A stretch of DNA of 64,000 nt. Origin: Candidatus Omnitrophota bacterium. Its GTDB lineage: Bacteria; Omnitrophota; Gorgyraeia; Zapsychrales; Fredricksoniimonadaceae. The position numbers and the translations under genes are program-made. Shown here piece after piece: positions 20,380 to 30,711 of this stretch (positions are counted from its first letter, which is position 1; each line of letters begins with the position of its first letter). The notes beneath the pieces are model-generated. The model worked only from the letters and a program-made list of their open reading frames with translations, was not told where the DNA came from and ran no database searches. Location of the stretch: the NCBI GenBank assembly GCA_903860135.1, contig CAIOPG010000004.1:185687-249686 (forward strand), in the 5' to 3' direction.

Positions 20380-21672
20380 TCAGATCTGATCCTTATATTT
20401 ACCCCAGGCCATGGCAATGAGCTCTTCCATGACGTCATCGACCGTGATCGACCCCACGAGGATGTCATTCTCATCGAGCACCGGGATCGCCGAATATTTG
20501 TATTGCTCGATCAGGAGCGCCACTTTTTCCATCCCGTCATCCGTATAAACAAAAACCTTGTGGGGATGACAGGTATCGACCACGCGGTGATCCGGCGGCT
20601 CATTGATAAAACGCCGGATCGTCGTCGTGCCAAGGTACCGGCCTTGATCATCGGTGATATAAAGGGTGTTGAAACTACCGGGATAATCCACGGCACCCTT
20701 CAATTTGTTCATGGCATCCATCACCGTCGCGTTGACGCCCAGGGACAGGAATTCCGTCGCCATCAACCCGCCCGCCGAATCTTTCCGGAAACCCAGCAGG
20801 GTACGCAAGCGCTTGGACGCCTGTGATTCCATCTGCCGCATCAACTGCTGAACGCGCTCGCGGGGCACCGTCATCAGGAAATCCGCCGCTTCGTCGGAAG
20901 GGATGTGCGTGACGATCTGGACAAGCTCGTGATCCCCCAAAAGGCTCACCAACCCGGACTTGTCGTCGGGCGCCATATCCGCAAACACTTTAAGCTGAAC
21001 ATCGAACGTCAGCGAACGAAAAACAGAAAGCTGTTCGAACCGATCCAAGTCGCGCATGATGTCAGCCAACAGGACCGGCGGGATCTTCGCGATCTTGGCG
21101 CGCGCCACGTCGAGCTTGAGCACATTCTTCTGATTGCCCAAGGTCAAGACCTGGGCATTCTTCCACGACACCAGCTCCTCGGCCTTCAGGTAATCCGCTG
21201 CCGGACGAAAAAGCCGAATAACCGTATCAACCACAGGCTCCAGGTCAAGGCGGCGCACCAGCGCGCGCAGGCCGACATCAACGTGCGCGATATGGTACTG
21301 CTGTTCAACCTTGAGGATATGCACATCATTGACGCGCACCACCTTCTTGTTCTCGACGTCAACAACCTGCTGGTCGAGCACATCGCGCCGCAAGGCAAAA
21401 TCACTGGTGATCTTGGCTTTCTGAAAAAGAACCGCCGCAACAGGGATCCTGAGATAAACCTTGTCCTCGATGCGGAGCACATCCGTCAAAAGAACCTCGG
21501 CATACCGGCGGGGAAACAAACCGGCACAAATGATAAGACTTTTGGCCCGGGGATAAATGTCGTTATTGAGCGCCATGGAAAAATCATAGAATTGACCCAC
21601 AGCCCGGCCGTCCCGGTCGACGACAGGCTTGCCCAGCAATTCAAAAAGATAGACAAAGAATTGTTCACCCAT
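20380..21672 (-). CDS. Soluble PRC-barrel + MgtE_N + CBS-pair protein (MgtE cytoplasmic module without a membrane domain)
   Basis: N-terminal PRC-barrel-like GKPVVDRDGRAVGQFYDF. MgtE_N-like helical region. Two CBS motifs near the C-terminus (...SAIPVLDENDILVGSITVDDVMEEL). No hydrophobic segments. 430 aa. Confidence 0.75.
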   Translation of the reverse strand: MGEQFFVYLFELLGKPVVDRDGRAVGQFYDFSMALNNDIYPRAKSLIICAGLFPRRYAEVLLTDVLRIEDKVYLRIPVAAVLFQKAKITSDFALRRDVLDQQVVDVENKKVVRVNDVHILKVEQQYHIAHVDVGLRALVRRLDLEPVVDTVIRLFRPAADYLKAEELVSWKNAQVLTLGNQKNVLKLDVARAKIAKIPPVLLADIMRDLDRFEQLSVFRSLTFDVQLKVFADMAPDDKSGLVSLLGDHELVQIVTHIPSDEAADFLMTVPRERVQQLMRQMESQASKRLRTLLGFRKDSAGGLMATEFLSLGVNATVMDAMNKLKGAVDYPGSFNTLYITDDQGRYLGTTTIRRFINEPPDHRVVDTCHPHKVFVYTDDGMEKVALLIEQYKYSAIPVLDENDILVGSITVDDVMEELIAMAWGKYKDQI

Positions 21673-21719
21673 ACCGCGGGACTCTCGTTCTTTTCTGATC
21701 TTGCCAATGACGAAAAAAC

Positions 21720-22361
21720 TTACCGCGAAACCGTAACGCCGACTTTACCGCACCGCGTGTTGATGCCACAGGCAGAACACCGGGGTGAAACCGGGCGGCA
21801 CACATTCTGCCCCCACAATACAAGCACCCAGTTGATGTCTTTCCAGTACGCCGTCGGCAAGCGCTGGCGTAACACCTGCTCTGTCTCATCGGGCGTGCGC
21901 GTCCTGACATACCCTAACCGGTTGGTGATACGATGCACATGCGTATCAACGCATATCCCCGGCTTGCCAAACCCTTCGACTAAGACAAGATTGGCCGTCT
22001 TCTGCCCAACCCCTTTGAGACGTAATAACCCCTCGAGCGTATCGGGCACGCGACCACCGCATTCCTCAAGGATAACCCGGCTGATATCAAGGATCCGCCG
22101 GGCTTTGGTACGGTAGAAACCGACGGGATAAACAGCCTGCTCCACCTGATCACTCGACAACTTTAACATATGCTCCGGTGTATCCGCAAGGGCAAATAAA
22201 CGCTCCGCCGCCGGCAGGGTCGTTGTGTCCTTGGTCCGCAAGCTGAGCAGGCACGAAACCAGGACCAGGTAAGGGCTATGCCAGCGCTTCCCGACGAGCG
22301 TCACCGACGGATCCGGCCACGCCCTGACCGCCCGGCGCAACGCGTCCAGGGTGGCCGCCAT
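21720..22361 (-). CDS. nth: Endonuclease III (DNA glycosylase/AP lyase)
   Basis: HhH-GPD fold. 4Fe-4S cluster loop C-x6-C-x2-C-x5-C (CRPVSPRCSACGINTRC). ATG at 22361 with GGAGG RBS; the track start at 22376 is GTG. Confidence 0.85.
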   Translation of the reverse strand: MAATLDALRRAVRAWPDPSVTLVGKRWHSPYLVLVSCLLSLRTKDTTTLPAAERLFALADTPEHMLKLSSDQVEQAVYPVGFYRTKARRILDISRVILEECGGRVPDTLEGLLRLKGVGQKTANLVLVEGFGKPGICVDTHVHRITNRLGYVRTRTPDETEQVLRQRLPTAYWKDINWVLVLWGQNVCRPVSPRCSACGINTRCGKVGVTVSR

Positions 22362-22372
22362 TTGCACCTCCG

Positions 22373-24250
22373 TCACGGCCTTTGCTCCGCAAAATATTTC
22401 TTCAAATAAATCATCAGGATAGACACCGCCGCCGGCGTGATCCCCGAAATGCGGTTGGCCTGCCCGAGCGTCGCAGGCTTGAACCGCCCCAGTTTCTCAC
22501 GCGCCTCATGCGACAGGCTTTTGATCGCCGCGAAATCAAAGCCCTCCGGGATGCGTATATTTTCCAAATGCCGGAATTTCTCAACTTCTTTCTGCTGCTG
22601 GATAATGAAGCCTTCATACTTGATGTCATACTCGACCCGCGCCAGGATATCCGGCGGCACCGTCGCAAGCACCGTATCAAAAGGGCTGATCTGCGCGCAC
22701 GTGACGCCAGGCCGCTTGAGCACATCATACAGGGGCATCTTCTGCGCCAAAGGCGCCTGCCCCAAAGCTTCTAGGATCGGATTCATCTGGGCAGGGACGG
22801 CCACCGTATCGCGCAAATGCTGTGCCGTTTGACGGGCACGCGCGTACTTGTCCTCCACCGCACGGCAAACATCATCGGAAACAAGACCGAACTTCCGGCC
22901 GTAAGCCACAAGCCTTTCATCAGTATTATCCTCGCGCACGATCAACCGGTATTCCACGCGCGACGTGAACATGCGGTAAGGCTCCTCTGTCCCCTTAGTG
23001 ATCAAATCATCGATCAGAACCCCCGTATAAGCTTCATCCCGGCGCAACATGAAAGGCGCCTCTCCCCGGACGTACAATGCCGCGTTGATCCCTGCCACGA
23101 TCCCCTGCGCGGCGGCCTCCTCGTACCCGGTAGTGCCATTGACCTGTCCAGCAAAAAAAAGCCCGCCTATGCGCCGAGACTCCAGCGTAGCCTTCAACTC
23201 CTCGGCATAAATAACCCCGTGCTCGATCGAATACCCGTAACACAGGAAAGCCGCCTTCTCCAGCCCCGGGATCGTATGCACAAAAGCCTCCTGAACGGCT
23301 TCGGGAAGCCCCGTTGACAACCCGTTGGGATAGACCACCGGCGTCCCCAGGCCATCGGGCTCCAGGAAAACAGGATGCGATGTTTTATCCGCAAATTTCT
23401 TGAGCTTGTCCTCGATCGACGGGCAATACCGCACCCCAGTCGCAGATATCTGACCGGAATACATCGGCGAAAGATGGAAATTATCACGGATGATCTGGTG
23501 GGTGGTGGCGTTGGTGTGCGTGAACCAGCAGGGCAACAGCCTGTCGCGCGCAGGAATTTGCTTTGTTCGAAAAGAAAACGGCACTATAACATCATCGGAA
23601 TACTGAGCCTCAAGGCAAGAATAATCAATGGTTCGCGCATCGAGGCGCGGCGGTGTGCCGGTCTTAAAAGAACGGAGCGTGAACCCCAGCACTTCAAGGC
23701 TGCGCGCCAGATCAATCGCGGCGGCATCGCCACTACGGCCGCCCGGCGTGATCCTTGGTCCCAGATGACAGCGCCCGTCAAGGAATGTCCCGGCCGTCAC
23801 AACAACAGTCGGCGCTTCAAGGATCCCCCCATCCTTCAAACGCAAGCCCGTCACACGGCCATGGCCGAGCAATATCTCCACAGCTTCGCCTTCATAAAAC
23901 TCAAGGCCGGGCTGTGCTTTCACGACGCCCTGCATATACGCCCTGTAACGCATCCGGTCCGATTGCACACGCGAAGACCGTACCGCCTGGCCTTTGGAAG
24001 CATTCAACTGCCGGAACTGGACAGCCGTAAGATCTGCCGCAAGCCCCATGGCCCCGCCGAGAATATCCACTTCGCGCACCAGCTGACCCTTGCCGATCCC
24101 GCCAATGGCCGGATTACAGCTCATCAACCCTATTGTCGCCACGGAATAATTGACCATCAGGGTGGAAACACCCATGCGCGCCGAGACCAACGCCGCTTCT
24201 ACGCCCGCGTGGCCTGCTCCAATGACGATACAACCAAACGATCGTCGCAT
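22373..24250 (-). CDS. mnmG: tRNA uridine-5-carboxymethylaminomethyl modification enzyme MnmG (GidA)
   Basis: FAD-binding N-terminus CIVIGAGHAGVEAALVSARMG. 625 aa. Conserved MnmG C-terminal domain. Confidence 0.95.
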   Translation of the reverse strand: MRRSFGCIVIGAGHAGVEAALVSARMGVSTLMVNYSVATIGLMSCNPAIGGIGKGQLVREVDILGGAMGLAADLTAVQFRQLNASKGQAVRSSRVQSDRMRYRAYMQGVVKAQPGLEFYEGEAVEILLGHGRVTGLRLKDGGILEAPTVVVTAGTFLDGRCHLGPRITPGGRSGDAAAIDLARSLEVLGFTLRSFKTGTPPRLDARTIDYSCLEAQYSDDVIVPFSFRTKQIPARDRLLPCWFTHTNATTHQIIRDNFHLSPMYSGQISATGVRYCPSIEDKLKKFADKTSHPVFLEPDGLGTPVVYPNGLSTGLPEAVQEAFVHTIPGLEKAAFLCYGYSIEHGVIYAEELKATLESRRIGGLFFAGQVNGTTGYEEAAAQGIVAGINAALYVRGEAPFMLRRDEAYTGVLIDDLITKGTEEPYRMFTSRVEYRLIVREDNTDERLVAYGRKFGLVSDDVCRAVEDKYARARQTAQHLRDTVAVPAQMNPILEALGQAPLAQKMPLYDVLKRPGVTCAQISPFDTVLATVPPDILARVEYDIKYEGFIIQQQKEVEKFRHLENIRIPEGFDFAAIKSLSHEAREKLGRFKPATLGQANRISGITPAAVSILMIYLKKYFAEQRP

Positions 24251-24363
24251 ATATAATGCCTGATCAATTAATAAAAGGAAGGACTGCTAACGGTGTATTG
24301 CTCTTTAAAAACATAAAGCAGAAGGTATTTGCATTGTAAATAACGCCACCATGACCTCAATCG

Positions 24364-25710
24364 TTATTTTACGATATCCCCGACAGACAAAGCAGATGTT
24401 TTTTGCTTGATGTCGGCAGCAGAGATATCCTGACGGACCTGAATAACCTCAATGGTACCTACAACAGCACCCTTATGATAAACCTTGAATGAATCCCCAA
24501 CCTTGATGCCTGTTTTCTCACCCTGATCAATGATCACAAAATTATTGTCCTCATTCAGGCTGACAATACTACCCTGGATTTTACCAGTCCTCGTCGTTGT
24601 CTTTGCGGACGCATCCACAGATACCTTAACGGCCGGAACGGTCTTTTCCACATCAACCTTTTCCTGAACAGGCTCGTCCTTATTTACAACGATCGGTGCC
24701 AGCTCAACTTCTCCCGCTGGCTGTTTTATAACACGCCCTTCAAAACGCTTATCGATATCTTTTTTGATCTGCCATATTTCATCGATCCTGCTCTGAATAA
24801 TATTCTCGGTTTCCACCAGCTTCTTCTCGATCACATTCTTTTCCTCGGAAAGCCCGGCAATGCTCTTCTCAAGGGCAACTTTGGTCGTTGTTAACTGCTT
24901 GACATCCTGCCGGAGCTGCTGATTTTCCTCACCTATCTGGGCAGAACGATCGCTGGTCATCTTCTGCTCATTCCGCGCACGGGCCAGTTCAACAGAGAGA
25001 TTATCGGCAAGATCTTCACCATATTTAATCTTGCGCACGATCTCGTCGCGCTCATTCTTCACACGGCCAAGCTCAAGCTCCACATCAGAATTGCTTTTTT
25101 TGAGTTCCGATACAACTAAATTACTTTTGGTCAAATCTTCTTTAAGTTTTTTCAACTCTAGTTCAAGAGCCGCTTTCTGACGCACAACCCCCGCCCAGTA
25201 AAGATCGCTACCAGCTTCAACGGTTAAGGCTTGATTGGATACATTCTGGCCAGCCTCGGCAGGACTATCACGGTACACGATCTTTTCAACGATCTTTTCA
25301 ACCGTACCCTTGCTCTTTAACTCCGTCACTTGCTTGATCAACTCGTCGCGCTCGCGACGAACACTGGTCAATTTTTCATCCCAATCCAGCTGTGCTTTTT
25401 TGGTTTTCTGGATCTCGTTGTTTAATCGTGTGATTTCAAGCTGGGCATCGTCAGCTTTCTTGACAAATCCATCCCGCTCATTGTTGCGCTGATCAAGATC
25501 CTTCCGCAGGCTATCGGCATCTGCCTGCAAGCTGGATAATTTCTTTTGCTGCTCAATGGCCTTGGCCTCATATTCAGAAACCCGTCCAGAAAGGATTCCC
25601 ACTCGAGCCTCTGCTGATTGTTTCTGGGCAAAAAGAACATATCCGACAACCACGGCTAACGCAACGAGAACGCCAAGGATCAGAATGCTTTGTTTGATCT
25701 TTATCGACAT
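24364..25710 (-). CDS. Membrane-anchored coiled-coil protein with a C-terminal beta-rich domain, hypothetical
   Basis: ATG at 25710 (GGAGA RBS). One N-terminal TM helix ILILGVLVALAVVVGYVLF. About 300 aa of coiled coil. C-terminal GKIQGSIVSLNEDNNFVIIDQGEKTGIKVGDSFKVY... small-barrel-like domain. Confidence 0.5.
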   Translation of the reverse strand: MSIKIKQSILILGVLVALAVVVGYVLFAQKQSAEARVGILSGRVSEYEAKAIEQQKKLSSLQADADSLRKDLDQRNNERDGFVKKADDAQLEITRLNNEIQKTKKAQLDWDEKLTSVRRERDELIKQVTELKSKGTVEKIVEKIVYRDSPAEAGQNVSNQALTVEAGSDLYWAGVVRQKAALELELKKLKEDLTKSNLVVSELKKSNSDVELELGRVKNERDEIVRKIKYGEDLADNLSVELARARNEQKMTSDRSAQIGEENQQLRQDVKQLTTTKVALEKSIAGLSEEKNVIEKKLVETENIIQSRIDEIWQIKKDIDKRFEGRVIKQPAGEVELAPIVVNKDEPVQEKVDVEKTVPAVKVSVDASAKTTTRTGKIQGSIVSLNEDNNFVIIDQGEKTGIKVGDSFKVYHKGAVVGTIEVIQVRQDISAADIKQKTSALSVGDIVK

Positions 25711-25858
25711 AGTGTCTCCAAATAAAAACATTAAACCGAACTTATCGGTAATATTAACAAAGGTCAGTTAAACACTCAAGGAAAAAACAGATTATTTCCT
25801 TCATTCAAAGATTATCAAAGACATGACGACGGGAACAAAAAATGACACGAAATTACAA

Positions 25859-26542
25859 TTATTCAAAACGGATATTATCGAGATAAAAAGTGCAGTGGTG
25901 TGGATTGGCATCAACATTGGTGACCCAAGCAAAACCGCCACTGATATAGGAAAGATCCTTGCCGCGCAAGTCAATGGTGTATTCTTTCCATTCCTTAGTA
26001 AGAATGACCGGCCCGATAATGGCCGTGTCCGTATCGGGATATGTTTGACTGCCGCCAAGACCTCCCGTGCGAAATTCTTCAATGCGCTCTCCGCCCATTT
26101 CCCCCTTGGCCCAGAAAACAAGCCTGACAGCGCCTGTCAAATTATAACCGCCTTTTCTCGTTCCCCAATTGTCCGGCGGATTCTGCCAGTACATACCCGC
26201 CCATTTGCGACCTTCCCAGGAGCAGGCCACATCGTAAACAATACGCGTGCACGTTTTCCCTTCCTTTACATCATGCTGCCAGGCATCATCGAGATTCAGG
26301 CAGTCACCTGTAGGCATATAACCTGACGGTGTATATTTATTCCTAGAATTTTTATCTTGATAAACAATGAAGGGTTCAAACGCAACGCCCTGCGCCTGCG
26401 GCCTTACAGAAATAGATGCGGAAGCCGTGGTCGTTTCTCCGGCAGATTTCTTCCCAGCCGTGGTGCCGGGCGTGTTAGAACACGCCACGGCATTCACTGC
26501 CAGAAAAGAAACACAGATGAGGTAACAAAAACGTTTGATCAT
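25859..26542 (-). CDS. Lipoprotein, possible carbohydrate-binding module protein
   Basis: Lipobox LAVNAVAC. S/T-rich linker. Beta-sandwich-like aromatic-rich body. Last gene of the carbohydrate cluster. Stop/start overlap with the upstream gene. Confidence 0.45.
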   Translation of the reverse strand: MIKRFCYLICVSFLAVNAVACSNTPGTTAGKKSAGETTTASASISVRPQAQGVAFEPFIVYQDKNSRNKYTPSGYMPTGDCLNLDDAWQHDVKEGKTCTRIVYDVACSWEGRKWAGMYWQNPPDNWGTRKGGYNLTGAVRLVFWAKGEMGGERIEEFRTGGLGGSQTYPDTDTAIIGPVILTKEWKEYTIDLRGKDLSYISGGFAWVTNVDANPHHCTFYLDNIRFE

Positions 26543-27420
26543 TATTTCTTCACTTCAGCCCCGAGTTCCACTAACTTCTGCTCGGCCGCTTCCGAAGGCT
26601 TCCAGAACCAACCATTGGGATCCCAGCACTGTGAAAAACCAAAATTATTAACAACAGCCTGGAAAGCAGCCACCGCCTCTTCTTTCTTTTCTGCCTGACG
26701 GTAAGCTTCTCCTAGGATGAAATACCCTGTGCCCACATCGTTTAAAGCCCAATAAGAATGGATCTTTTCAGGTGATTCCCAGGCAAACTCCGTTAGGGAC
26801 GCCTGCATTTCCTTGGCTTTAGCCTCATAAACAGAAACCAGCTTGGCATGGTAGGCCATGACGAGCGTTAGGTCTTTCTTGCCTAATGAATCCCACAGAC
26901 GATTAACCAGCGTCGCCGAAGACATATTGCCGAAATCCAGATCAAGGCCTTTTTCCATCATGGAAATTTTATCCTTGGCCGCATCAACAGGCTTCCAGAA
27001 AGCTTTATTGACAGGATCATAAGTCTGTCCATATGAAAATTCATTGATGATCCGTTGGAACGCAACCTTGGCCTTGTCAAGCTGTTTGGCCTGGCGATAC
27101 GCTTCACCCTGGATATAAAGACTTGTGGCAACGTCATTGAGTGCCCAGAAAGAAAATACCTTTTGCGGTTCACCGGAAGGATACTCTTTCAGGCTGGCCT
27201 GCATCTTCGCCGCTTCACCCGCATAAAGCTCCAGACACTTGTTGGTGTAAATAACAACATTATCAAGATTCTTGTCTGCCAGCGCTTTCCAGCCCTTGCC
27301 GGCCAGCGTTTCGGATTTGAAATCACCAAAACTGACCGGTGCTGCTGCCTGTTGCGCGTTGGCGAACGGGATGCCGGCTGCGGCAAAGACCAGGGCGCAC
27401 ATCATCATGACCTTCTTCAT
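26542..27420 (-). CDS. Secreted protein with two copies of a novel ~65-aa helical repeat
   Basis: Signal peptide. AGGAGG RBS. Repeats SFWALNDVATSLYIQGEAYRQAKQLDKAKVAFQRIINEFSYGQTYDPVNKAFWKP and SYWALNDVGTGYFILGEAYRQAEKKEEAVAAFQAVVNNFGFSQCWDPNGWFWKP. The same module occurs at the N-terminus of the adjacent glycoside hydrolase. Confidence 0.55.
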   Translation of the reverse strand: MKKVMMMCALVFAAAGIPFANAQQAAAPVSFGDFKSETLAGKGWKALADKNLDNVVIYTNKCLELYAGEAAKMQASLKEYPSGEPQKVFSFWALNDVATSLYIQGEAYRQAKQLDKAKVAFQRIINEFSYGQTYDPVNKAFWKPVDAAKDKISMMEKGLDLDFGNMSSATLVNRLWDSLGKKDLTLVMAYHAKLVSVYEAKAKEMQASLTEFAWESPEKIHSYWALNDVGTGYFILGEAYRQAEKKEEAVAAFQAVVNNFGFSQCWDPNGWFWKPSEAAEQKLVELGAEVKK

Positions 27421-27528
27421 TTTACTACCTCCTGTTGGTTTAATTCTGCCATCTGCCCGGCAGATAAGATAAAAACTATCTTTTAATACGGGTAATTATG
27501 CCATAACTTTATCTTCTGTGCCACAATC

Positions 27529-29838
27529 TTATTTTCTGACCGACCACATTTCCTGATATTTATAGTAAGCTTTACGCGGCTGACGCAACAAAGGGCTTGC
27601 CACGCCATTGCCCTGACCGATCAGGCCGAACCATTCTTCAAAATAATATCCGCCCGCGAAAGGGCCTATAACGTCAGCCTTGGTATCATGCCGGCGAGGC
27701 TCATAATTTTTCCACCACTCATCCAGCCATTCGAACGCTATGCCGCCAACAGCATTGCCTTCACCTTCGGCATACCCCGCTGTGTTTGCCATGATATCCA
27801 GCCAGCTGCTTTGGTGGTACAACGCCTGGTCTTCTTCCGCTTCAAGCGCATCGGAGATCTTGGAATAACCAGGCGCACCATATTCAGTGATGAACGCGGG
27901 GCGATCCGCAGTCTCGCGAACCTCGTCCCAGAAAGCGCCAAACCCATAATCACCGCGGTAAACATTAGCACCATACGCATCAACTTCCGGTGCGAACTCT
28001 GCCATCTTATCCAAGAAAAGCGTGTCCCCGTTGCACACCGCTACGGGATGATCGGGGTCAAGCTCCTTGATCCTTTTGGCCACCGCGTTGACAAACCTGA
28101 AATACGCCTCGGGTTTTTTATCCGCATTCGAGGCTACGCCGTAATTATTCTCATTGCCCAAAAGCCACATCAGCATGAACGGTTCGTCCTTATAGGCCAT
28201 CACCATCGCCTCGACATTCCTCATCATGCTCGCCAGATGCCATTCATTCTCATAATCAGTCCCATTTTTCCAGTCAGCCCCTGAACCGAGCGCGTATTTG
28301 CCGAGAAAATCCCCCATAACAACCATGATGCCGTACTTGCTGTGCATCTCACGCAATAGCTCGACATTGATCTTATTGGTATTGTGATAGATGCGTACCG
28401 TGTTAACACCCATCTCTTTCATCAGCTGAAGGTCACCAACGGCGGGCTCATCCATATCTTGAACATTATTCTTATTCCCGTCAACCCACGCCTTGTGCGC
28501 GCTATCATCTTTCTGATACATCCAATTTTCCAGCGTCCCGTTATCCGGACTTTGCCCGATCTTCGTTGGGGCATAGGTAAGACCCTTGATCATATAGGGC
28601 TTCCCGTTAACAAACATACGCCAGTGCCCACTGGCATACTGAACAAATTTCACTTTCTTCCCGCCTAAAGTCCGTTTGACTTTCCCCAAAGAAACTTTTT
28701 TCACCGGTGCCGGCCCGTGGCACTGGCTCAAAAATCCCGGATCGATCTCAAAAACGTCATTGGTCGTATCATTGTCAGACCCGTTGATCACGCGAATCTT
28801 GCCGCCGGTGTAACACAAGCCGAGTTCCGGATGCAAACGGATAATATTCCTGATCTTCGCGACGGCTGCCTGCGCCGGATACCACGGTGTGTGCCAGTAG
28901 GTAAAACCCGAACAACGCGGAAAATGCACGACGAGGGCATGATAGGCCTTCACGGCTTCCTTATACATTTTCGCCTTCTCGAAAATAAGCGCCGTAAAGA
29001 AAAGTTTCATGCCTGGATCTTCGCCGGCGATCGCCCATTTGTAAAACCCAGCTTCAAGATCACGGGTATTCACATGCGCCCAATGTGATCCGTTCAGGCG
29101 ACCTTCATTAAAAAGTTCTCTGTAACGCGGATCCTTGATAGCATCGCCTGTATTGGGATAAATGCCTTCACCAACAGCCGCAGCCAGAATAGACGGTCGA
29201 AACATCTGATACCTGTAATCCGCCGTCCCGATACCTGTGAATTTTCCATATTTGGCATAATTCACCACCACATCTTTTCCCGGAAACGCGAGGGTTGGTT
29301 TTGTCCGTAGCGTATGGCGCGCCGTTGCTTCCTGCTGTTCGGCAACTCCGGTCAGCTGATCCATGACAATCTTGGACTTTTCAGCGATAGACCAGTACCC
29401 GCCGCGGCTGGCATCCCAGGCCTGCGCAAACGGGAATTTCTCGATCGTCAGCTTGGCCTGCGCCACAGCTTTCTCTGTAACACCCTGTGTCCGCAATGAT
29501 TCCAGAAGAACAAAATAAACTGTGCCCAGATCATTCATCACCTGATAGTCTTTGACACGATCACGGGTAGGAAAATCTTTAAGCCGCGAAGACAGTACCG
29601 CTGCTTCCTGACCGTATTGCGCCACCCCCGCATCAAAAAGAGCTTTCACCTGGGCATGATCCGCCTTGTTAAGGGCGTCCCAGGCCAAACGAGCCATTTC
29701 ATCCGACGACGGTAGCAGTTGAAGATTTGCTGTTTCCGCTGAAACAGGATCGACCGTTTCTGTCTGGGCAAAGACCGGACAGGCAGTTAATAGCAGAGAA
29801 ACACAAAAAAAGAGGTGTTTGATGCAGGCATTATTCAT
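27529..29838 (-). CDS. Secreted glycoside hydrolase (TIM-barrel, GH2/GH5-like) with an N-terminal repeat module
   Basis: ATG at 29838 (AAGGAAA RBS) gives signal peptide MNNACIKHLFFCVSLLLTACPVFA. C-terminal half has LLGNENNYG (acid/base-like NE) and FITEYGAPG (nucleophile-like TE). N-terminal module is homologous to the 292-aa neighbour. Confidence 0.6.
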   Translation of the reverse strand: MNNACIKHLFFCVSLLLTACPVFAQTETVDPVSAETANLQLLPSSDEMARLAWDALNKADHAQVKALFDAGVAQYGQEAAVLSSRLKDFPTRDRVKDYQVMNDLGTVYFVLLESLRTQGVTEKAVAQAKLTIEKFPFAQAWDASRGGYWSIAEKSKIVMDQLTGVAEQQEATARHTLRTKPTLAFPGKDVVVNYAKYGKFTGIGTADYRYQMFRPSILAAAVGEGIYPNTGDAIKDPRYRELFNEGRLNGSHWAHVNTRDLEAGFYKWAIAGEDPGMKLFFTALIFEKAKMYKEAVKAYHALVVHFPRCSGFTYWHTPWYPAQAAVAKIRNIIRLHPELGLCYTGGKIRVINGSDNDTTNDVFEIDPGFLSQCHGPAPVKKVSLGKVKRTLGGKKVKFVQYASGHWRMFVNGKPYMIKGLTYAPTKIGQSPDNGTLENWMYQKDDSAHKAWVDGNKNNVQDMDEPAVGDLQLMKEMGVNTVRIYHNTNKINVELLREMHSKYGIMVVMGDFLGKYALGSGADWKNGTDYENEWHLASMMRNVEAMVMAYKDEPFMLMWLLGNENNYGVASNADKKPEAYFRFVNAVAKRIKELDPDHPVAVCNGDTLFLDKMAEFAPEVDAYGANVYRGDYGFGAFWDEVRETADRPAFITEYGAPGYSKISDALEAEEDQALYHQSSWLDIMANTAGYAEGEGNAVGGIAFEWLDEWWKNYEPRRHDTKADVIGPFAGGYYFEEWFGLIGQGNGVASPLLRQPRKAYYKYQEMWSVRK

Positions 29839-29864
29839 ACGACATTTCCTTTTCAATTAAACCA

Positions 29865-30710
29865 CTAACCCACCACGGCACCCGAAGAAAGCCCCTTGAC
29901 AATATGTTTCTGCATGAGCAGATAAATCGCGATAACAGGAATAGCGGTCATTGTCAGCCCTGCCATCAAAACAGGATAATCCACCTGATACGGACCATTA
30001 AAAACCATCAAACCCCGTTGCAGTGGCATGAGATCCTGATTACTCAACAGCACGGTCGCCAAGATATACTCATTCCAGACATTCAACGAATTATAAATAA
30101 CAACAACCGCCAGCGCCGGAGCAGCCAGCGGGAGCGCCACATACCACCAGATCTGGAGCTGATTGCAACCGTCAATGCGGGCGGCATTCTCAAGATCCGG
30201 AGACATTTTATCAAAAAACGTCTTGAGCAAAAGGATACTCAAGGACAAGCCCACATTGATCATGCACAAGATATACCCCATGCGCGTGTCGACGAGGTGT
30301 AATTTGTTCATCAAAACAAAGAGCGGAACAAATGACCCTGGCAAAGGGATCATCAACGCCGCAACAAACACATAGAAAATAGCATTCTTGCCCGGAAACT
30401 GCAAGCGGGAAAAGGCAAAGGCGGCCAGCGAGGCAATAACCACGATCCCCGTCACAACGCTGATGGTATAGATCAGGCTGTTAATGAAATAAACAGCAAA
30501 ATTCCCGCGGGTCCAGGCCACGACATAATTATGCCAGTTCAGGTCGACCGGGATCAAGGCCTGATCCGTGAAAATGGTTGTGCCCGACATCAGCGACGAG
30601 CGTATCATCCAGAAGATCGGGAAAAGACAAGAAACCGTTACGGTCAAAAGAAAAATATGCAGGAGCGTGTTCCTGAAGAAATGCTGAACCTGGTATTTAT
30701 TGAAACCCAT
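29865..30710 (-). CDS. Carbohydrate ABC transporter permease (MalG-like)
   Basis: Six TM segments. EAA-loop region DGCNQLQIWWYVALPLAAPALAV. ATG at 30710, 1 nt after the upstream permease stop. Confidence 0.8.
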   Translation of the reverse strand: MGFNKYQVQHFFRNTLLHIFLLTVTVSCLFPIFWMIRSSLMSGTTIFTDQALIPVDLNWHNYVVAWTRGNFAVYFINSLIYTISVVTGIVVIASLAAFAFSRLQFPGKNAIFYVFVAALMIPLPGSFVPLFVLMNKLHLVDTRMGYILCMINVGLSLSILLLKTFFDKMSPDLENAARIDGCNQLQIWWYVALPLAAPALAVVVIYNSLNVWNEYILATVLLSNQDLMPLQRGLMVFNGPYQVDYPVLMAGLTMTAIPVIAIYLLMQKHIVKGLSSGAVVG

Positions 30711-30711
30711 A

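Noticed and set aside
20905-22116. 403-aa plus-strand ORF across MgtE_N-CBS and nth
   Set aside because: Antisense to two confidently identified genes. No start context.
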